Positions 28,373 through 39,442 of a stretch of 64,000 nucleotides of DNA are shown here, in pieces. Each line of letters opens with the position of its first letter. The stretch's first letter is position 1. The DNA lies in the NCBI GenBank assembly GCA_944358865.1, contig CALVRV010000002.1, forward strand, positions 12,433-76,432, written 5' to 3'. The notes under the pieces were generated by a model that saw only the letters and a program-made list of their open reading frames with translations, had not been told where the DNA came from and made no database searches. The stretch comes from an uncultured Bacilli bacterium. Lineage in GTDB: Bacteria > Bacillota_I > Bacilli_A > RFN20 > CAG-826. The translations under genes and the position numbers were made by a program.

Positions 28373-29746
28373 ATGTCGAAATTTAGCTTTGAAAAAATAA
28401 CAACTCATCTACAAACTTCAGGATTTCTATTTCCTGGTTCACAAATTTATGGTGGACTTTCAAATACATGGGACTATGGTCCTTTAGGAAGTGAAATAAA
28501 AAACAACATTTCTAAGATGTGGTGGAAAAAATTTGTTCAAGAAAGCACTACAAATGTCGGTATTGATGCAGCAATATTAATGAATCCTAAAGTTTGGGAA
28601 GCGACTGGCCATGTTTCAAGATTTAATGACCCATTAATTGATTGCAAAAATTGTAAATCCCGTCATAGAGCAGATGAATTAATCGAACAACAATTTCAAG
28701 ATGTTGATGTTAATGCCATGTCTAATGAAGAAATGGATAAATTTATTAAAGAAAATCATGTTAAGTGTCCAGTATGTGGTAAATCAGATTTTACAAGTAT
28801 AAGACAATTTAATATGATGTTTAAAACCCATATTGGTGTTACACAAGATTCTTCTAGTGTTGTTTATTTAAGACCAGAAACTGCGCAGGGCATGTTTGTT
28901 AATTTTAAAAATGTCTTAAGAGCAACTAGAAGAAAATTGCCATTAGGAATTTGTAATATAGGTAAAGCTTTTAGAAACGAAATTACTCCAGGGCAATTTA
29001 CTTTTAGAACAAGAGAATTTTCCCAAATGGAAATGGAATTTTTCTGCCAACCAGAAACTGATTTAAAATGGTTTGAATATTGGAAAAAATATTGTTACAA
29101 CTTTGTTTTGTCATTAGGAATTAAAGCTAGTAATTTAAGATTTAGAGATCATGAAAAAGAAGAATTAGCTTTTTATAGTAAAGCCACTAGTGATATTGAA
29201 TATAATTTCCCATTTGGTTGGGGTGAAATTTGGGGTATTGCTGACCGCACTGATTACGATTTAAAAAGACATATGGAATATAGTAAAGAATCATTAGAAT
29301 ATCTTGATCCAGTAACAAATGAAAAATATGTCCCATACTGTATTGAACCTTCTGTTGGTCTAGATAGACTTGTTTTAATGACACTTTGTGATGCCTATGA
29401 TGAAGAAACATTAGAAAATGGCGATACTAGAGTAGTAATGAGACTTCATCCTGCTGTGGCAACTTATAAAATAGCAATTTTACCGCTACAAAAAAAACTA
29501 GAAGAAAAGGCTCATGAAATTGAAGCGATATTAAGAACTTACTTTAATGTTGTTTATGATGAAACTGGTTCAATTGGAAAAAGATATCGCCGTCAAGATA
29601 GTATTGGAACACCATTTTGTTTAACAATAGATTTTGATACTTTGCAAGATAATTGTGTCACTATTCGTGAACGAGATTCTATGCAACAAATAAGACTACC
29701 AATTAAAGATTTAGTCAATTATTTTTCAGTAAAAGTATTTTTTTAG
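28373..29746 (+). CDS. glyQS: Glycine--tRNA ligase (single-chain alpha2 type)
   Basis: 457 aa with class II aaRS motifs ([13 protein letters not shown]) and an anticodon-binding C-terminal domain. Confidence 0.92.
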   Translation: MSKFSFEKITTHLQTSGFLFPGSQIYGGLSNTWDYGPLGSEIKNNISKMWWKKFVQESTTNVGIDAAILMNPKVWEATGHVSRFNDPLIDCKNCKSRHRADELIEQQFQDVDVNAMSNEEMDKFIKENHVKCPVCGKSDFTSIRQFNMMFKTHIGVTQDSSSVVYLRPETAQGMFVNFKNVLRATRRKLPLGICNIGKAFRNEITPGQFTFRTREFSQMEMEFFCQPETDLKWFEYWKKYCYNFVLSLGIKASNLRFRDHEKEELAFYSKATSDIEYNFPFGWGEIWGIADRTDYDLKRHMEYSKESLEYLDPVTNEKYVPYCIEPSVGLDRLVLMTLCDAYDEETLENGDTRVVMRLHPAVATYKIAILPLQKKLEEKAHEIEAILRTYFNVVYDETGSIGKRYRRQDSIGTPFCLTIDFDTLQDNCVTIRERDSMQQIRLPIKDLVNYFSVKVFF

Positions 29747-29765
29747 TAGATTTTAGGTATTTGTA

Positions 29766-31556
29766 ATGGCATTTGATCAATCATTAATTAACGATGTTTT
29801 ACATCATGCGGATATCGTCGATATTATTTCTAGATATATTGATGTTATTCAAAAAGGAAGAGAATATGTAGCTCTTTGTCCTTTTCATGATGATCGAAAT
29901 CCATCTATGCAAATTTCTAAAACAAAACAAATTTTTAAATGCTTTGTATGTGGTTCGGGTGGAAACGCGATTAAATTTGTTGAGATGTATGAACATCTTA
30001 ATTTCTTTGATGCGATGCGTAAAGTAGCGCAATTATCAGGTTATAGCGATCCACGTTTAGAAATAAAAAGTAATGTTAAAGCAAAAGACCCTCAAATTGT
30101 TAATTTAGAGAATTGTATTAATGATTTGAATGTCTATTACCAATACGCCTTAAATACTAGCGAAGGTCAAGAGCCATTAAAATATTTAAATCAAAGAGGA
30201 ATCGATGATCATATTCGCAAAAAATTTCAAATTGGATATGCCTTTAAAGATGGTGTTAGCACGTGTAAATACCTTCAATCAAAAGGTCATTCGTTACGTA
30301 GTATTGAATTAATTGGTATTGCAAGTGTAAATAAAGACGTTTATAGCGATTTAAATCAAGGACGTATTATATTTTCTATTTGTGATTCAAATGGCCAAGT
30401 TGTTGGTTTTTCTTCGCGTCGATATTTAGAAAATGATGATTCACCTAAATATATTAATTCGCCTGAAACACCTTTATTTCATAAAAGTGACATTTTATAT
30501 AATTTTCATAACGCTAAAAACGAAGCCAAAAAATTTAATTATGTCTATGTTGTCGAAGGTTTTATGGATGCGATTGCTTTAGAAAGAATAGGCATCAGCA
30601 GTGTATGCGCTTTGATGGGAACAGCCTTTACAAATCAACATTTATCTTTGTTAAGATCTTTAGGTGTTGAAATAAGATTTTGTCTTGATGGTGATGAGGC
30701 TGGACAAATGGGGCATATGCGTGTCATTAATATGTTAAAAAATAGCGACATAAATTGCCGTTTTGTTAAAAAAGACACTAATTTAGGTAAAGATAGCGAT
30801 GAAATATTAACAAAACATGGCCAAGAAAAATTAAAACAATATTTAAATAATCTTTTAACTATTAGCGATTTTATTTTTGATTATTATGAAAATACTTCAT
30901 CTTTAAAAAGCGCAAAAGATAGACAAAATTTAATTAAATATTTTTTACCTCTTCTTTTAAATTGCAAATCTGAGCTTGAATTTGATGATTATATTGATAA
31001 ATTAGCTAAAGTTTCTCGTTATAGCGCAGATTCAATAAGAAATTTAGTTAATAAAGCTAAATTAGATAAAGAAGACGATCCAAATAAAATTATTTCTAAT
31101 TTTCATCCAGAAAAGAAATATTTAAATCGTTTTCGTCTCGCTGAAAAAGAAATTTTATACTACATGTTAAAAGATGAAAAAGCAATTCAATTTTATGAAA
31201 ACAATATTGAAACATTTTATGATGATATTTATCGACGTATCGCTGATTATATCTTAGATTTTTATCATCAAAATAAAAATATCAATGTTTCTTTATTAAC
31301 TTCTTCTATAGAGGCAAAAGAAAGCTCTAATAGCGATGAAATTATTAAAGAAATTTTAGATATTTCTTTTGAAAGCAATCATCCTGACAATGTTGATAAA
31401 AATTATTATGAATCTGTTTTTGAAACTATTCAAAAAGAAAAAAATAAATTGTATAAGAAAATGACATTAGAAAAAATGTTAGAAAATAAATCAAGTCAAG
31501 ATAAAGCAAGAATTTTAGCGGATTGGAATAAAAAGATGGTTAAAACCAAGTCTTAA
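29766..31556 (+). CDS. dnaG: DNA primase
   Basis: Zinc finger CPFHDDRNPSM...CFVCG and TOPRIM domain (VVEGFMDAI, DGDEAG). It lies upstream of sigA. Confidence 0.93.
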   Translation: MAFDQSLINDVLHHADIVDIISRYIDVIQKGREYVALCPFHDDRNPSMQISKTKQIFKCFVCGSGGNAIKFVEMYEHLNFFDAMRKVAQLSGYSDPRLEIKSNVKAKDPQIVNLENCINDLNVYYQYALNTSEGQEPLKYLNQRGIDDHIRKKFQIGYAFKDGVSTCKYLQSKGHSLRSIELIGIASVNKDVYSDLNQGRIIFSICDSNGQVVGFSSRRYLENDDSPKYINSPETPLFHKSDILYNFHNAKNEAKKFNYVYVVEGFMDAIALERIGISSVCALMGTAFTNQHLSLLRSLGVEIRFCLDGDEAGQMGHMRVINMLKNSDINCRFVKKDTNLGKDSDEILTKHGQEKLKQYLNNLLTISDFIFDYYENTSSLKSAKDRQNLIKYFLPLLLNCKSELEFDDYIDKLAKVSRYSADSIRNLVNKAKLDKEDDPNKIISNFHPEKKYLNRFRLAEKEILYYMLKDEKAIQFYENNIETFYDDIYRRIADYILDFYHQNKNINVSLLTSSIEAKESSNSDEIIKEILDISFESNHPDNVDKNYYESVFETIQKEKNKLYKKMTLEKMLENKSSQDKARILADWNKKMVKTKS

Positions 31557-31569
31557 TTAGGAGGAAATT

Positions 31570-32832
31570 ATGGCAAGATTAAAAGAAAAAACAAAATCAA
31601 CAAGCAAAAAACCAGCCCTTAAAAACGCTTTGAAAAAGATCGAAAAAAGTGATGGTACTTTAGTAACATTAGATGAAATTAAAACAAATCTTGTTAAAAT
31701 TGCAAAAAACAATAATAACGAGATTGAACAAAGCGACATCTATGATGCCTTAGAAGATTATGAAATTGATGATAGTACGCTTGATGATCTTATCGATTAT
31801 TTTAAAGAATTAAATATTAAAATCATCACCGATGATAATATTGACGAAGAAGATGAAGAAATCGATGATAGCAACATTGATTTAGATGAAAACATGTCAG
31901 AAGAAGATGATTTTTTAGAAAATGATGATATGTCTGATGAAGATGAAGAAATTTCTAGCGCTGATCATTTTGATAGCATCATGGCTGGTGATGTTCGTGT
32001 CAACGACTCGGTTAAAATGTATTTAAAAGGTATTGGTAAATTTGAACTTTTAAAACCTGAAGAAGAACCAATTTTAGCGCAAAAAATCATCGAAGGTGAT
32101 GAAGAAGCAAAAGATCGCTTAATAAACGCTAATTTACGTTTAGTTGTTAATATTGCTAAACATTATGTAGGACGTGGCTTACAATTCCTTGATTTAATTC
32201 AAGAAGGAAATCTTGGTCTTATGAAAGCTGTTGAAAAATTTGATCACACGAAAGGATATAAATTTTCAACATATGCGACATGGTGGATTAGACAAGCAAT
32301 TACTAGAGCTATTGCCGACCAAGCTCGTACAATTCGTATTCCAGTTCATATGGTAGAAACAATTAACAAGATGACACGTATTCAAAGACAATTAGTGCAA
32401 GATTTTGGCCGCGAACCAACTGCAGAAGAAATTTCTGAAGCAATGGATGGAGCATTAGAGCCTAAAAAGATTCGTGAAATCCAAAGAATTGCAATGGACC
32501 CAGTATCTTTAGAAACTCCAATAGGTGAAGAAGATGATTCACATTTAGGTGATTTTATTGAAGATAAGGAATCTGTCTCGCCATCAGATTATGCAACTAA
32601 TCAGTTATTGAGCGAAGAATTATCTAACATTTTAGGCGATTTAACCGAAAGAGAAGAAAGAGTTATCCGTCTTCGTTATGGTTTAGATGACAATCGAGTT
32701 AGAACTTTAGAAGAAGTTGGCAAAGAATTTGGTGTAACTCGTGAAAGAATTAGACAAATCGAAGCAAAAGCTATTCGTAAATTAAGACATCCAACAAGAT
32801 CGAAAAAATTGGGAGATTATACTGGCAAATAA
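31570..32832 (+). CDS. rpoD: RNA polymerase primary sigma factor (sigma-70/SigA)
   Basis: Region 2 ([14 protein letters not shown]), region 3, and region 4 ([19 protein letters not shown]). Long acidic N-terminal insert. Confidence 0.95.
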   Translation: MARLKEKTKSTSKKPALKNALKKIEKSDGTLVTLDEIKTNLVKIAKNNNNEIEQSDIYDALEDYEIDDSTLDDLIDYFKELNIKIITDDNIDEEDEEIDDSNIDLDENMSEEDDFLENDDMSDEDEEISSADHFDSIMAGDVRVNDSVKMYLKGIGKFELLKPEEEPILAQKIIEGDEEAKDRLINANLRLVVNIAKHYVGRGLQFLDLIQEGNLGLMKAVEKFDHTKGYKFSTYATWWIRQAITRAIADQARTIRIPVHMVETINKMTRIQRQLVQDFGREPTAEEISEAMDGALEPKKIREIQRIAMDPVSLETPIGEEDDSHLGDFIEDKESVSPSDYATNQLLSEELSNILGDLTEREERVIRLRYGLDDNRVRTLEEVGKEFGVTRERIRQIEAKAIRKLRHPTRSKKLGDYTGK

Positions 32833-32833
32833 A

Positions 32834-33502
32834 ATGCAAAAATTATCAAAAAGATTAAACAAAATATACGATTTTGTTGATGCTGGGAGCGTAGTTTTTG
32901 ATATTGGCGCAGATCATGGAAAACTTATTATTGAATTAGTTAAAACCCATAAAATTAGCCATGGATACGCTAACGAAAATAAAAAAGGACCATACAACAT
33001 ACTTTCTTTGGCATGTCAAAATTATCCTAATATTGCTGTCTTATTTAGTGATGGAATAGATAATTTACCAATTGATGTAAATACATTAGTGCTTGCTGGT
33101 ATGGGTGGCCATTTAATAGTTAACATATTAACAAAGCATCAAGAAAAATTGCAACAAATCGAAAATATTATAGTGGATGCTCATAGCGATATAAGATATA
33201 TAAGAGAAAAATTAGCGTCTCTATCATATCAAATTGTTTTAGAAGATGTAGTTTTAGAAAAAAATGTTTATTATGAAATAATAAAATTTCAAAGATGTGT
33301 GAATATAACTAAATATACAGATGATGAACTTAATTTTGGACCGCTTCTTTTAAAAACAAAACCAACTCTTTTTAAAGACAAGTATCAAAAAAGAATTCGG
33401 ATAATCAATTCTTTACTTAAAATTGAAAATCTTTCATCATATAAAATTAATAAATTAAAAAAAGAAAAGGATAAGTTGGAGGAAATAATTAATGAACACT
33501 AG
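32834..33502 (+). CDS. trmK: tRNA (adenine22-N1)-methyltransferase TrmK
   Basis: SAM-binding motif DIGADHGKL. Position after sigA matches Bacillus yqfN. Confidence 0.8.
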   Translation: MQKLSKRLNKIYDFVDAGSVVFDIGADHGKLIIELVKTHKISHGYANENKKGPYNILSLACQNYPNIAVLFSDGIDNLPIDVNTLVLAGMGGHLIVNILTKHQEKLQQIENIIVDAHSDIRYIREKLASLSYQIVLEDVVLEKNVYYEIIKFQRCVNITKYTDDELNFGPLLLKTKPTLFKDKYQKRIRIINSLLKIENLSSYKINKLKKEKDKLEEIINEH

Positions 33503-34259
33503 ATCTTTATTAATAAAATTAAGCAAGCAATTTCCTAAATCTATTGCAAAAAAACATCATGATTTTGTCGGTCTAATGGTAGGAAAACTTCCAACTGAAG
33601 TTCATAAAATCTTGCTTTGCTTAGATTTTGATGATGAAGTGTTAATTCAAGCAAAACAATTTCAACCTGATTTAATTTTAACACATCATCCTTTTATTTA
33701 TGGTCGTAAGTCATTTGTTTTAAAAAATGACCTTATTAAAAAAAGACTTTATGAAGAATTAGAAAAACTTAATATTCCCGTATATAGCATGCATACAAAT
33801 TTTGATGAAGGCAAAGGTGGAATGAATGATGCATTAATGGAAAAATTAGATGTTACTGACGTCTATCAAAGCCAAATAGAGCCAATGATGCGAATCGCTA
33901 AGTTAAAAAAACCAGCAAAAAGTAAAGAAATAGCAAAAATAATTAAAGATAAATTTAACATATCTTATGGATTATTATGTGGAAGAGATGATAAATTAAT
34001 CAATTCTATCGCCTTAATCGCTGGAGGCGGCTCAAGAAGTTGGATAAACGCTAAATTAGAAGGTGCAGATATGTATATTTCTGGTGATGCGCCTCATCAT
34101 GTTAGACGTGATATCATAATTAATGACTATGTTTATTTAGATTTGCCTCATGAAATAGAAAAAATATTCATGCCAACAATGAAAAATATTTTATTAAATA
34201 TCGATAGTTCTTTACAAATATTAGTTGTAGATCATGAAATAGAACCATTAGTTATTTAA
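33492..34259 (+). CDS. Nif3-like dinuclear metal centre protein (YqfO family)
   Basis: ILTHHPFIY, HTNFD and a C-terminal H-rich metal site. Synteny with trmK. Confidence 0.8.
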   Translation: MNTRSLLIKLSKQFPKSIAKKHHDFVGLMVGKLPTEVHKILLCLDFDDEVLIQAKQFQPDLILTHHPFIYGRKSFVLKNDLIKKRLYEELEKLNIPVYSMHTNFDEGKGGMNDALMEKLDVTDVYQSQIEPMMRIAKLKKPAKSKEIAKIIKDKFNISYGLLCGRDDKLINSIALIAGGGSRSWINAKLEGADMYISGDAPHHVRRDIIINDYVYLDLPHEIEKIFMPTMKNILLNIDSSLQILVVDHEIEPLVI

Positions 34260-35123
34260 TTTTAATAAATATTCTTTAAGTTCCTCAAGTTGTTCCATAC
34301 TTGTTGAGGTGCCTCCTAAAACAATAATGTGTTGGAGGCTTTTTATTTTTAATAAATCGATTTCATCTGTATTAGAAACAAAACTAACATAACAATTTGA
34401 ATATCTTTTTTTAGCTAATTCAAATAATCTTGTTGTATTACTTGATTTTAAAGAACCACATACGATTATTCCATCAACATCATTAGGCAAATTTAAAAGA
34501 GATTTTTGTCTAATTTTTGTAAAATTACATATCTCATTAGCGATTTCTAAATGAGGGATTATTTTTTTTAATTGATTATGTAGGCTATCTAACTGAATAT
34601 AACTTAGTGTAGTTTGATTTATGCAATAATAATCATATTTAGTATTAAAATAGTAATTAATTGGTTGATTATAATCAACAAAAATAATGTCTTTTGATAA
34701 GCTTAACGCTAATAGTGTTTCAGCGTGATTTTTAATACCAATATAAATTACCTTCTTTTTCTTATTTAAGGCTTCTATTATTAAATCTTGACATCTTTTT
34801 ACCATCGGACATATTGCATCAACGACTTTAATTTGTCTTGCTTTTGTTATTTTTTCAAGCTTAATATCATGACCATGGGCAGGAAATATCAAAATATCAT
34901 TTTTATTTATCTTTTGAATTTCTTTTTCATATTCGTTATAAGGAACATTAATTGTTATTATGTTTTCTAATTCTAATTTTTTAATAATTTCTTCATTATG
35001 AACGAGCATTCCTAAAACATATATTTTTTGATTTGGATTTTCTTTTCTTGCTTTAAAAGCTATTTCTATTGCGTTTTTAACACCATAGCAATAACCTGAA
35101 TTTTTTAAAATTTCTACTACCAT
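34248..35123 (-). CDS. ispH: 4-hydroxy-3-methylbut-2-enyl diphosphate reductase (MEP pathway)
   Basis: 291 aa. GYCYGV N-terminus, PAHGH and conserved Cys positions of IspH/LytB. Confidence 0.85.
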   Translation of the reverse strand: MVVEILKNSGYCYGVKNAIEIAFKARKENPNQKIYVLGMLVHNEEIIKKLELENIITINVPYNEYEKEIQKINKNDILIFPAHGHDIKLEKITKARQIKVVDAICPMVKRCQDLIIEALNKKKKVIYIGIKNHAETLLALSLSKDIIFVDYNQPINYYFNTKYDYYCINQTTLSYIQLDSLHNQLKKIIPHLEIANEICNFTKIRQKSLLNLPNDVDGIIVCGSLKSSNTTRLFELAKKRYSNCYVSFVSNTDEIDLLKIKSLQHIIVLGGTSTSMEQLEELKEYLLKLNN

Positions 35124-35197
35124 CTTTGTTATTTTATCATGTTTAAGTTTAAATTAATCTTAAAAATTAATATAATTAATTTATAAAGGACTCAATT

Positions 35198-36550
35198 ATG
35201 AAATTTTCAAGTTTTAATCTAAAAACTAAATTAGTAGCCGCTCTAGATGAGCTAGGTTATAAAAACGCAAGCGCGATACAAGAAATTGTTATACCAAAAG
35301 CTTTAAAAGGCAGAAGTCTTATCGTTAAATCAATGACAGGAAGTGGAAAAAGTCATTGTTTTATCATTCCGATTTTAAATAATTTAAAATTAGATAATAA
35401 AAACGCTCAAAGTATAATTATTTCTCCAACACGAGAATTAGCAAGACAAACATATTTATTTTTTAAACAATTCGAACCGTATTTTGAAGGATTGAATGTT
35501 AAATTGCTTATTGGTGGTCACCAACAAAAAGATGATGAGGTATTAAAAAATAATCCTCCTCATATTATTATTGCAACACCAAAACGTGCGAATGATATTC
35601 TAGTTTTAGAAAGTTTTATTAAGTTAGGATGTGTAAAAACTGTTGTCTTAGATGAAGTGGATATGATGATGGATATGGGTTATTTTAATGATATCGATCA
35701 GCTTTTAAAACGTCTAAAAGATATTCAAATTATGTCTTTTAGTGCTTCATATCCTAATAAGGTTATTCATTTATTAAAAAAATATATGCCAGTCGATGAA
35801 ATTATATCTTTAGATGATAATATCACAAATGATAATGTTACACATTTTGCAATTGACATTAAACATCAAGACAAAAATGAAATGGTTTATAAATTTATTG
35901 ATAAATTTAATCCATATGGATTAATTATTTTTTGTTCATTAAAAAGCGATGTAAATGTTGTTTATAATTATTTAATAGAACATAAAATAAAATGTGGAAT
36001 GCTTCATGGTGATCTAAGTCAAAGAGAAAGAAAAAACATGATGAAAATGTTTAAAAATAATGATTTTCATATTATGGTTTGTAGCGATATGGCAAGTAGA
36101 GGCTTAGATTTAGATAATATTAGTGATGTTTTAAATTATGATTTACCAAACAATGAAGAATTTTATTTTCATCGCGCTGGACGTGTCGGAAGAATGAATA
36201 AAAAGGGGAACTGTTATTCTTTTTATAATGTTGACAGTGTTGATAAAATAACTAATTTAGAAAAAAATAAAATCACTTTTACATATTTAGTTTATAAAAA
36301 TAATGATTTTATTTCGTCTTTAAAAGTTAAAAAAGAAAGAAAAAATAATCGTCTTGATCCTGAAATAATCGAATTAAATAAAAATATAAAAATTGCAAAA
36401 AGCAAGGCTACTACTAAAAAAGTAAAACCAAATTACAAAAAGAAAGTAAAAGTCGCTATTAATGAAGTAAAAAGAAAATATAAAAAAGAAAAAATTAAAA
36501 AGGAAATAAAAAAACAATTAAAGAAAAAATATCAACAAGGAGATTTTTAA
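35198..36550 (+). CDS. cshB: DEAD-box RNA helicase (DEVD variant), CshB-like
   Basis: Q-motif region, TGSGKS, DEVD, SAS and HRAGRVGR motifs with a Lys-rich tail. Adjacent to nfo as in Bacillus yqfR-yqfS. Confidence 0.85.
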   Translation: MKFSSFNLKTKLVAALDELGYKNASAIQEIVIPKALKGRSLIVKSMTGSGKSHCFIIPILNNLKLDNKNAQSIIISPTRELARQTYLFFKQFEPYFEGLNVKLLIGGHQQKDDEVLKNNPPHIIIATPKRANDILVLESFIKLGCVKTVVLDEVDMMMDMGYFNDIDQLLKRLKDIQIMSFSASYPNKVIHLLKKYMPVDEIISLDDNITNDNVTHFAIDIKHQDKNEMVYKFIDKFNPYGLIIFCSLKSDVNVVYNYLIEHKIKCGMLHGDLSQRERKNMMKMFKNNDFHIMVCSDMASRGLDLDNISDVLNYDLPNNEEFYFHRAGRVGRMNKKGNCYSFYNVDSVDKITNLEKNKITFTYLVYKNNDFISSLKVKKERKNNRLDPEIIELNKNIKIAKSKATTKKVKPNYKKKVKVAINEVKRKYKKEKIKKEIKKQLKKKYQQGDF

Positions 36551-36552
36551 TA

Positions 36553-37443
36553 ATGAATAAAGATTTAATTATTGGTTGCCACGTTTCAATGAACGCGCCT
36601 GATTATTATTTAGGAAGCGTTAAAGAAGCTCTATCTTATGGGGCGAATACTTTTATGTTTTATACTGGAGCGCCTCAAAATTCTTATCGAAAACCTTTAG
36701 AAGAATTAAAAATTAGTGAAGGGCGTCAATTAATTAAAGAAGCTGGAATTAATGAAGATAATATCGTTGTTCACGCTCCATATATTGTAAACTTAGCTAA
36801 TATGAATGATTTAGAAAAACATGAGGCTAGTAAAAGAATTATTGCTAACGAATTAATAAGATGCGAAGCATTTAATGTTCATGTTTTAGTTCTGCATCCT
36901 GGCGCTCATATGAATAAAGGTGAAGATTTTGCTCTTAATGCGATTGCAAAAGCTTTAGATGATATTTTTTCAAAATTACCTCAAGACAATCATGTTAAAA
37001 TTGCTTTAGAAACAATGTCAGGAAAAGGAAGTGAAGTAGGAATTAATTTTGAACAAATTTCTAAATTGATCTCTTTAAGTAATTTTAAAGATCGCTTAGG
37101 GGTTTGTCTTGATACATGCCATGTTAATGACGCTGGTTATAATGTTTTTGATAAAGAACAACTCTTTGAACAATTCGATAAAATTATTGGTTTAGATAAA
37201 TTATTAGTGGTTCATGTTAACGATTCAAAAAATCCTATTGGCGCTCATAAAGATAGACACGAAAATATTGGTTATGGTGAAATTGGATTTGATGCCTTAA
37301 ATAGTATTGTTAATGATGAAAGACTTAAAAATATCCCAAAAATATTAGAAACACCTTATTTTAATCAATTGCCACCTTATAAAAAAGAAATTGAAATGTT
37401 TAGAAATGGTAAATTCGTGCCTAATTGGCGAGATAATATTTAA
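36553..37443 (+). CDS. nfo: Endonuclease IV
   Basis: TIM-barrel AP endonuclease 2 motifs (HAPYIVNL, LHPG, CLDTCH, HVNDS). Confidence 0.9.
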   Translation: MNKDLIIGCHVSMNAPDYYLGSVKEALSYGANTFMFYTGAPQNSYRKPLEELKISEGRQLIKEAGINEDNIVVHAPYIVNLANMNDLEKHEASKRIIANELIRCEAFNVHVLVLHPGAHMNKGEDFALNAIAKALDDIFSKLPQDNHVKIALETMSGKGSEVGINFEQISKLISLSNFKDRLGVCLDTCHVNDAGYNVFDKEQLFEQFDKIIGLDKLLVVHVNDSKNPIGAHKDRHENIGYGEIGFDALNSIVNDERLKNIPKILETPYFNQLPPYKKEIEMFRNGKFVPNWRDNI

Positions 37444-38504
37444 TTATTATTCATCATCTTATTTATTTCTTCAATCAAAGTTAGATATGCATCTTTTTCA
37501 TTTATTTTTTTAATGATATTACCTTTTTTAAATAAAACATATTGACCTTTGCCACCAGCAATACCAATATCTGCGTTTTTAGCTTCTCCTGGTCCATTTA
37601 CAACACATCCCATAATAGCAACACTTAATTTAATATTGTTATTTTCAAGATATGTTAAGACTTTTTTTGCTAATTTAGTAACATCAACCATTGTTCTTCC
37701 ACATGTTGGGCACGATATCAATGTTGGATAATTATCATACAACCCTAAATCGTGTAATAATCTTTTACAAGCGACTATTTCTTGATATGGATTACCACTT
37801 ATTGAAATTCTAATTGTATCTCCGATTCCGTCCAATAAAAGAGGTGATAAACCCGCTGATGAACGGATTAGAGATATTTCATTTATACTAGCTTCAGTAA
37901 TGCCAATGTGTAAAGGATAATCATATTTTTCACTTGCGATACGATAAGCATTTATAGTGGTTAAAATATTAGAACCTTTTAATGATAAGACGATGTTATC
38001 AAATTGATATTTTTTAAAAATATTTAATTGTTTATCAATTGAATGAATCATATCTAATTCATTTAGTGGTCTATCATAGTCGTAAATTTGTTTATCAATA
38101 GAGCCAGAATTGACACCAATACGAATGACAGTATTATTTTTCTTAGCTAAATCAATGATTTGTTTTATTTCTTCTTCTTTAGAAATGTTACCAGGATTAA
38201 TTCTTATTGCATCACAGCCATTTTTAATAGCTAATAACGCTAATTTATAGTCAAAATGAACATCTCCAATCAAAGGTATAGATATATTTTTTTTAATTTT
38301 TTTAATAGCGTCAGCGTCTTTTTTATCCATTATTGAAACACGCATCATATCTGCACCTAAAAGGGCGCATTTATTAATTTGTTTGATTATTTGACTAGCC
38401 TTACTAGTTTTAATATTGCACATCGATTGAATCAAAACCTTATCTTGATGACCGATGTAGATATTACCAATTTTAATTTTTTTTGTTTGATTTCTTTTAT
38501 ACAT
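37440..38504 (-). CDS. ispG: 4-hydroxy-3-methylbut-2-en-1-yl diphosphate synthase (MEP pathway)
   Basis: 354 aa. RINPGN, and the C-terminal Fe-S motif SCPTCGR...GCVVNGPGE. Confidence 0.9.
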   Translation of the reverse strand: MYKRNQTKKIKIGNIYIGHQDKVLIQSMCNIKTSKASQIIKQINKCALLGADMMRVSIMDKKDADAIKKIKKNISIPLIGDVHFDYKLALLAIKNGCDAIRINPGNISKEEEIKQIIDLAKKNNTVIRIGVNSGSIDKQIYDYDRPLNELDMIHSIDKQLNIFKKYQFDNIVLSLKGSNILTTINAYRIASEKYDYPLHIGITEASINEISLIRSSAGLSPLLLDGIGDTIRISISGNPYQEIVACKRLLHDLGLYDNYPTLISCPTCGRTMVDVTKLAKKVLTYLENNNIKLSVAIMGCVVNGPGEAKNADIGIAGGKGQYVLFKKGNIIKKINEKDAYLTLIEEINKMMNNN

Positions 38505-38594
38505 ACCAAAATAATAGTGGATTTATTTAAAAAAGTCTATGAAATAACTTTAAGTTATGATAATATACCATTTGCAAATATTAAGGAGAAAAAT

Positions 38595-38762
38595 ATGGCA
38601 AAAAATAAAGGACGCGAATCAATTATATTAAAATGTACAGTATGCGGCGAAGAAACATATTTAAGTTCTTCTAATAAGAAAAAACATCCAGATCGTTTAG
38701 AAAGAAATAAATATTGCCCACGCTGTCAAAAAGTTACAGTTCATAAAGAGAAAAAGAAATAG
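38595..38762 (+). CDS. rpmG: 50S ribosomal protein L33 (zinc-ribbon form)
   Basis: 55 aa, [20 protein letters not shown]...[22 protein letters not shown] lies upstream of ATG 38595. The longer track ORF from 38379 is an artefactual N-terminal extension. Confidence 0.9.
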   Translation: MAKNKGRESIILKCTVCGEETYLSSSNKKKHPDRLERNKYCPRCQKVTVHKEKKK

Positions 38763-38781
38763 GCTAATAACCTATTTTTTT
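38758..38781 (+). terminator. Weak hairpin plus T-run after rpmG
   Basis: AATAGG (38758-38763), 7-nt loop, CCTATT (38771-38776), with the T-run continuing to 38781. The stem is AT-rich and the next gene starts 3 nt later. Confidence 0.3.
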
Positions 38782-38783
38782 AT

Positions 38784-39404
38784 ATGCGTATGGAAATAAG
38801 AAAATTTAATGATTCATTTGCAAATTGTTACTTAATTTTTGAAGGAAACAACGCAATTATTGTTGATCCATGTTTAAAAGATATCACGCCTTTAATAATG
38901 TTTATTAGTGATTATCAATTAAATATTAAAGGTATTTTATTAACGCATGGTCATTTTGATCATTTTTTCTCTTTAAATAAATTAATAAACATATTAAAAG
39001 TGCCAGTTTATATACACGAATTAGATGCAAAATTATTAAAAGATCCAATATTGAATTTGAGTAATTTTATGGCACATGAAGATATTATTTATAATCAAGA
39101 TATTGAATATATTGAAGATGGAGAAATAATTAATTTAATTTATAACCATCCTATAAAAGTAATACATACACCATATCATAGTAAAGGATCATGTTGCTTT
39201 TATTTTATAAAAGATAATGTTATTTTAACTGGTGATAGTTTATTTTTGCACAATATTGGAAGATATGATTTACCAACTAGTGAACCAAATAAAATGATTT
39301 ATTCTTTAAAAAAGATACTATCATTAGATGACAATGTAAAAGTTTATCCGGGCCATGGTGAAAATACAAATATAGGTAATGAAAGGCAATATTTTGACCT
39401 TTAA
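38784..39404 (+). CDS. Metallo-beta-lactamase fold hydrolase (glyoxalase II-like)
   Basis: LTHGHFDHF motif plus downstream His/Asp ligands. 206 aa. Confidence 0.8.
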   Translation: MRMEIRKFNDSFANCYLIFEGNNAIIVDPCLKDITPLIMFISDYQLNIKGILLTHGHFDHFFSLNKLINILKVPVYIHELDAKLLKDPILNLSNFMAHEDIIYNQDIEYIEDGEIINLIYNHPIKVIHTPYHSKGSCCFYFIKDNVILTGDSLFLHNIGRYDLPTSEPNKMIYSLKKILSLDDNVKVYPGHGENTNIGNERQYFDL

Positions 39405-39442
39405 AACATAATTATGCTATAATTTTGTTAGGAGATATAAGT

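Noticed and set aside
31570-32000. Long D/E-rich insertion in the N-terminal region of the primary sigma factor.
   Set aside because: Acidic region 1.1 and linker expansions are common in primary sigma factors of AT-rich bacteria. This is compositional rather than functional evidence.
38379-38594. N-terminal 72 aa of the 127-aa track ORF that contains L33.
   Set aside because: This part overlaps the ispG 5' end and its upstream region. A strong RBS and ATG at 38595 give a canonical 55-aa L33, so the extension is an ORF-calling artefact.
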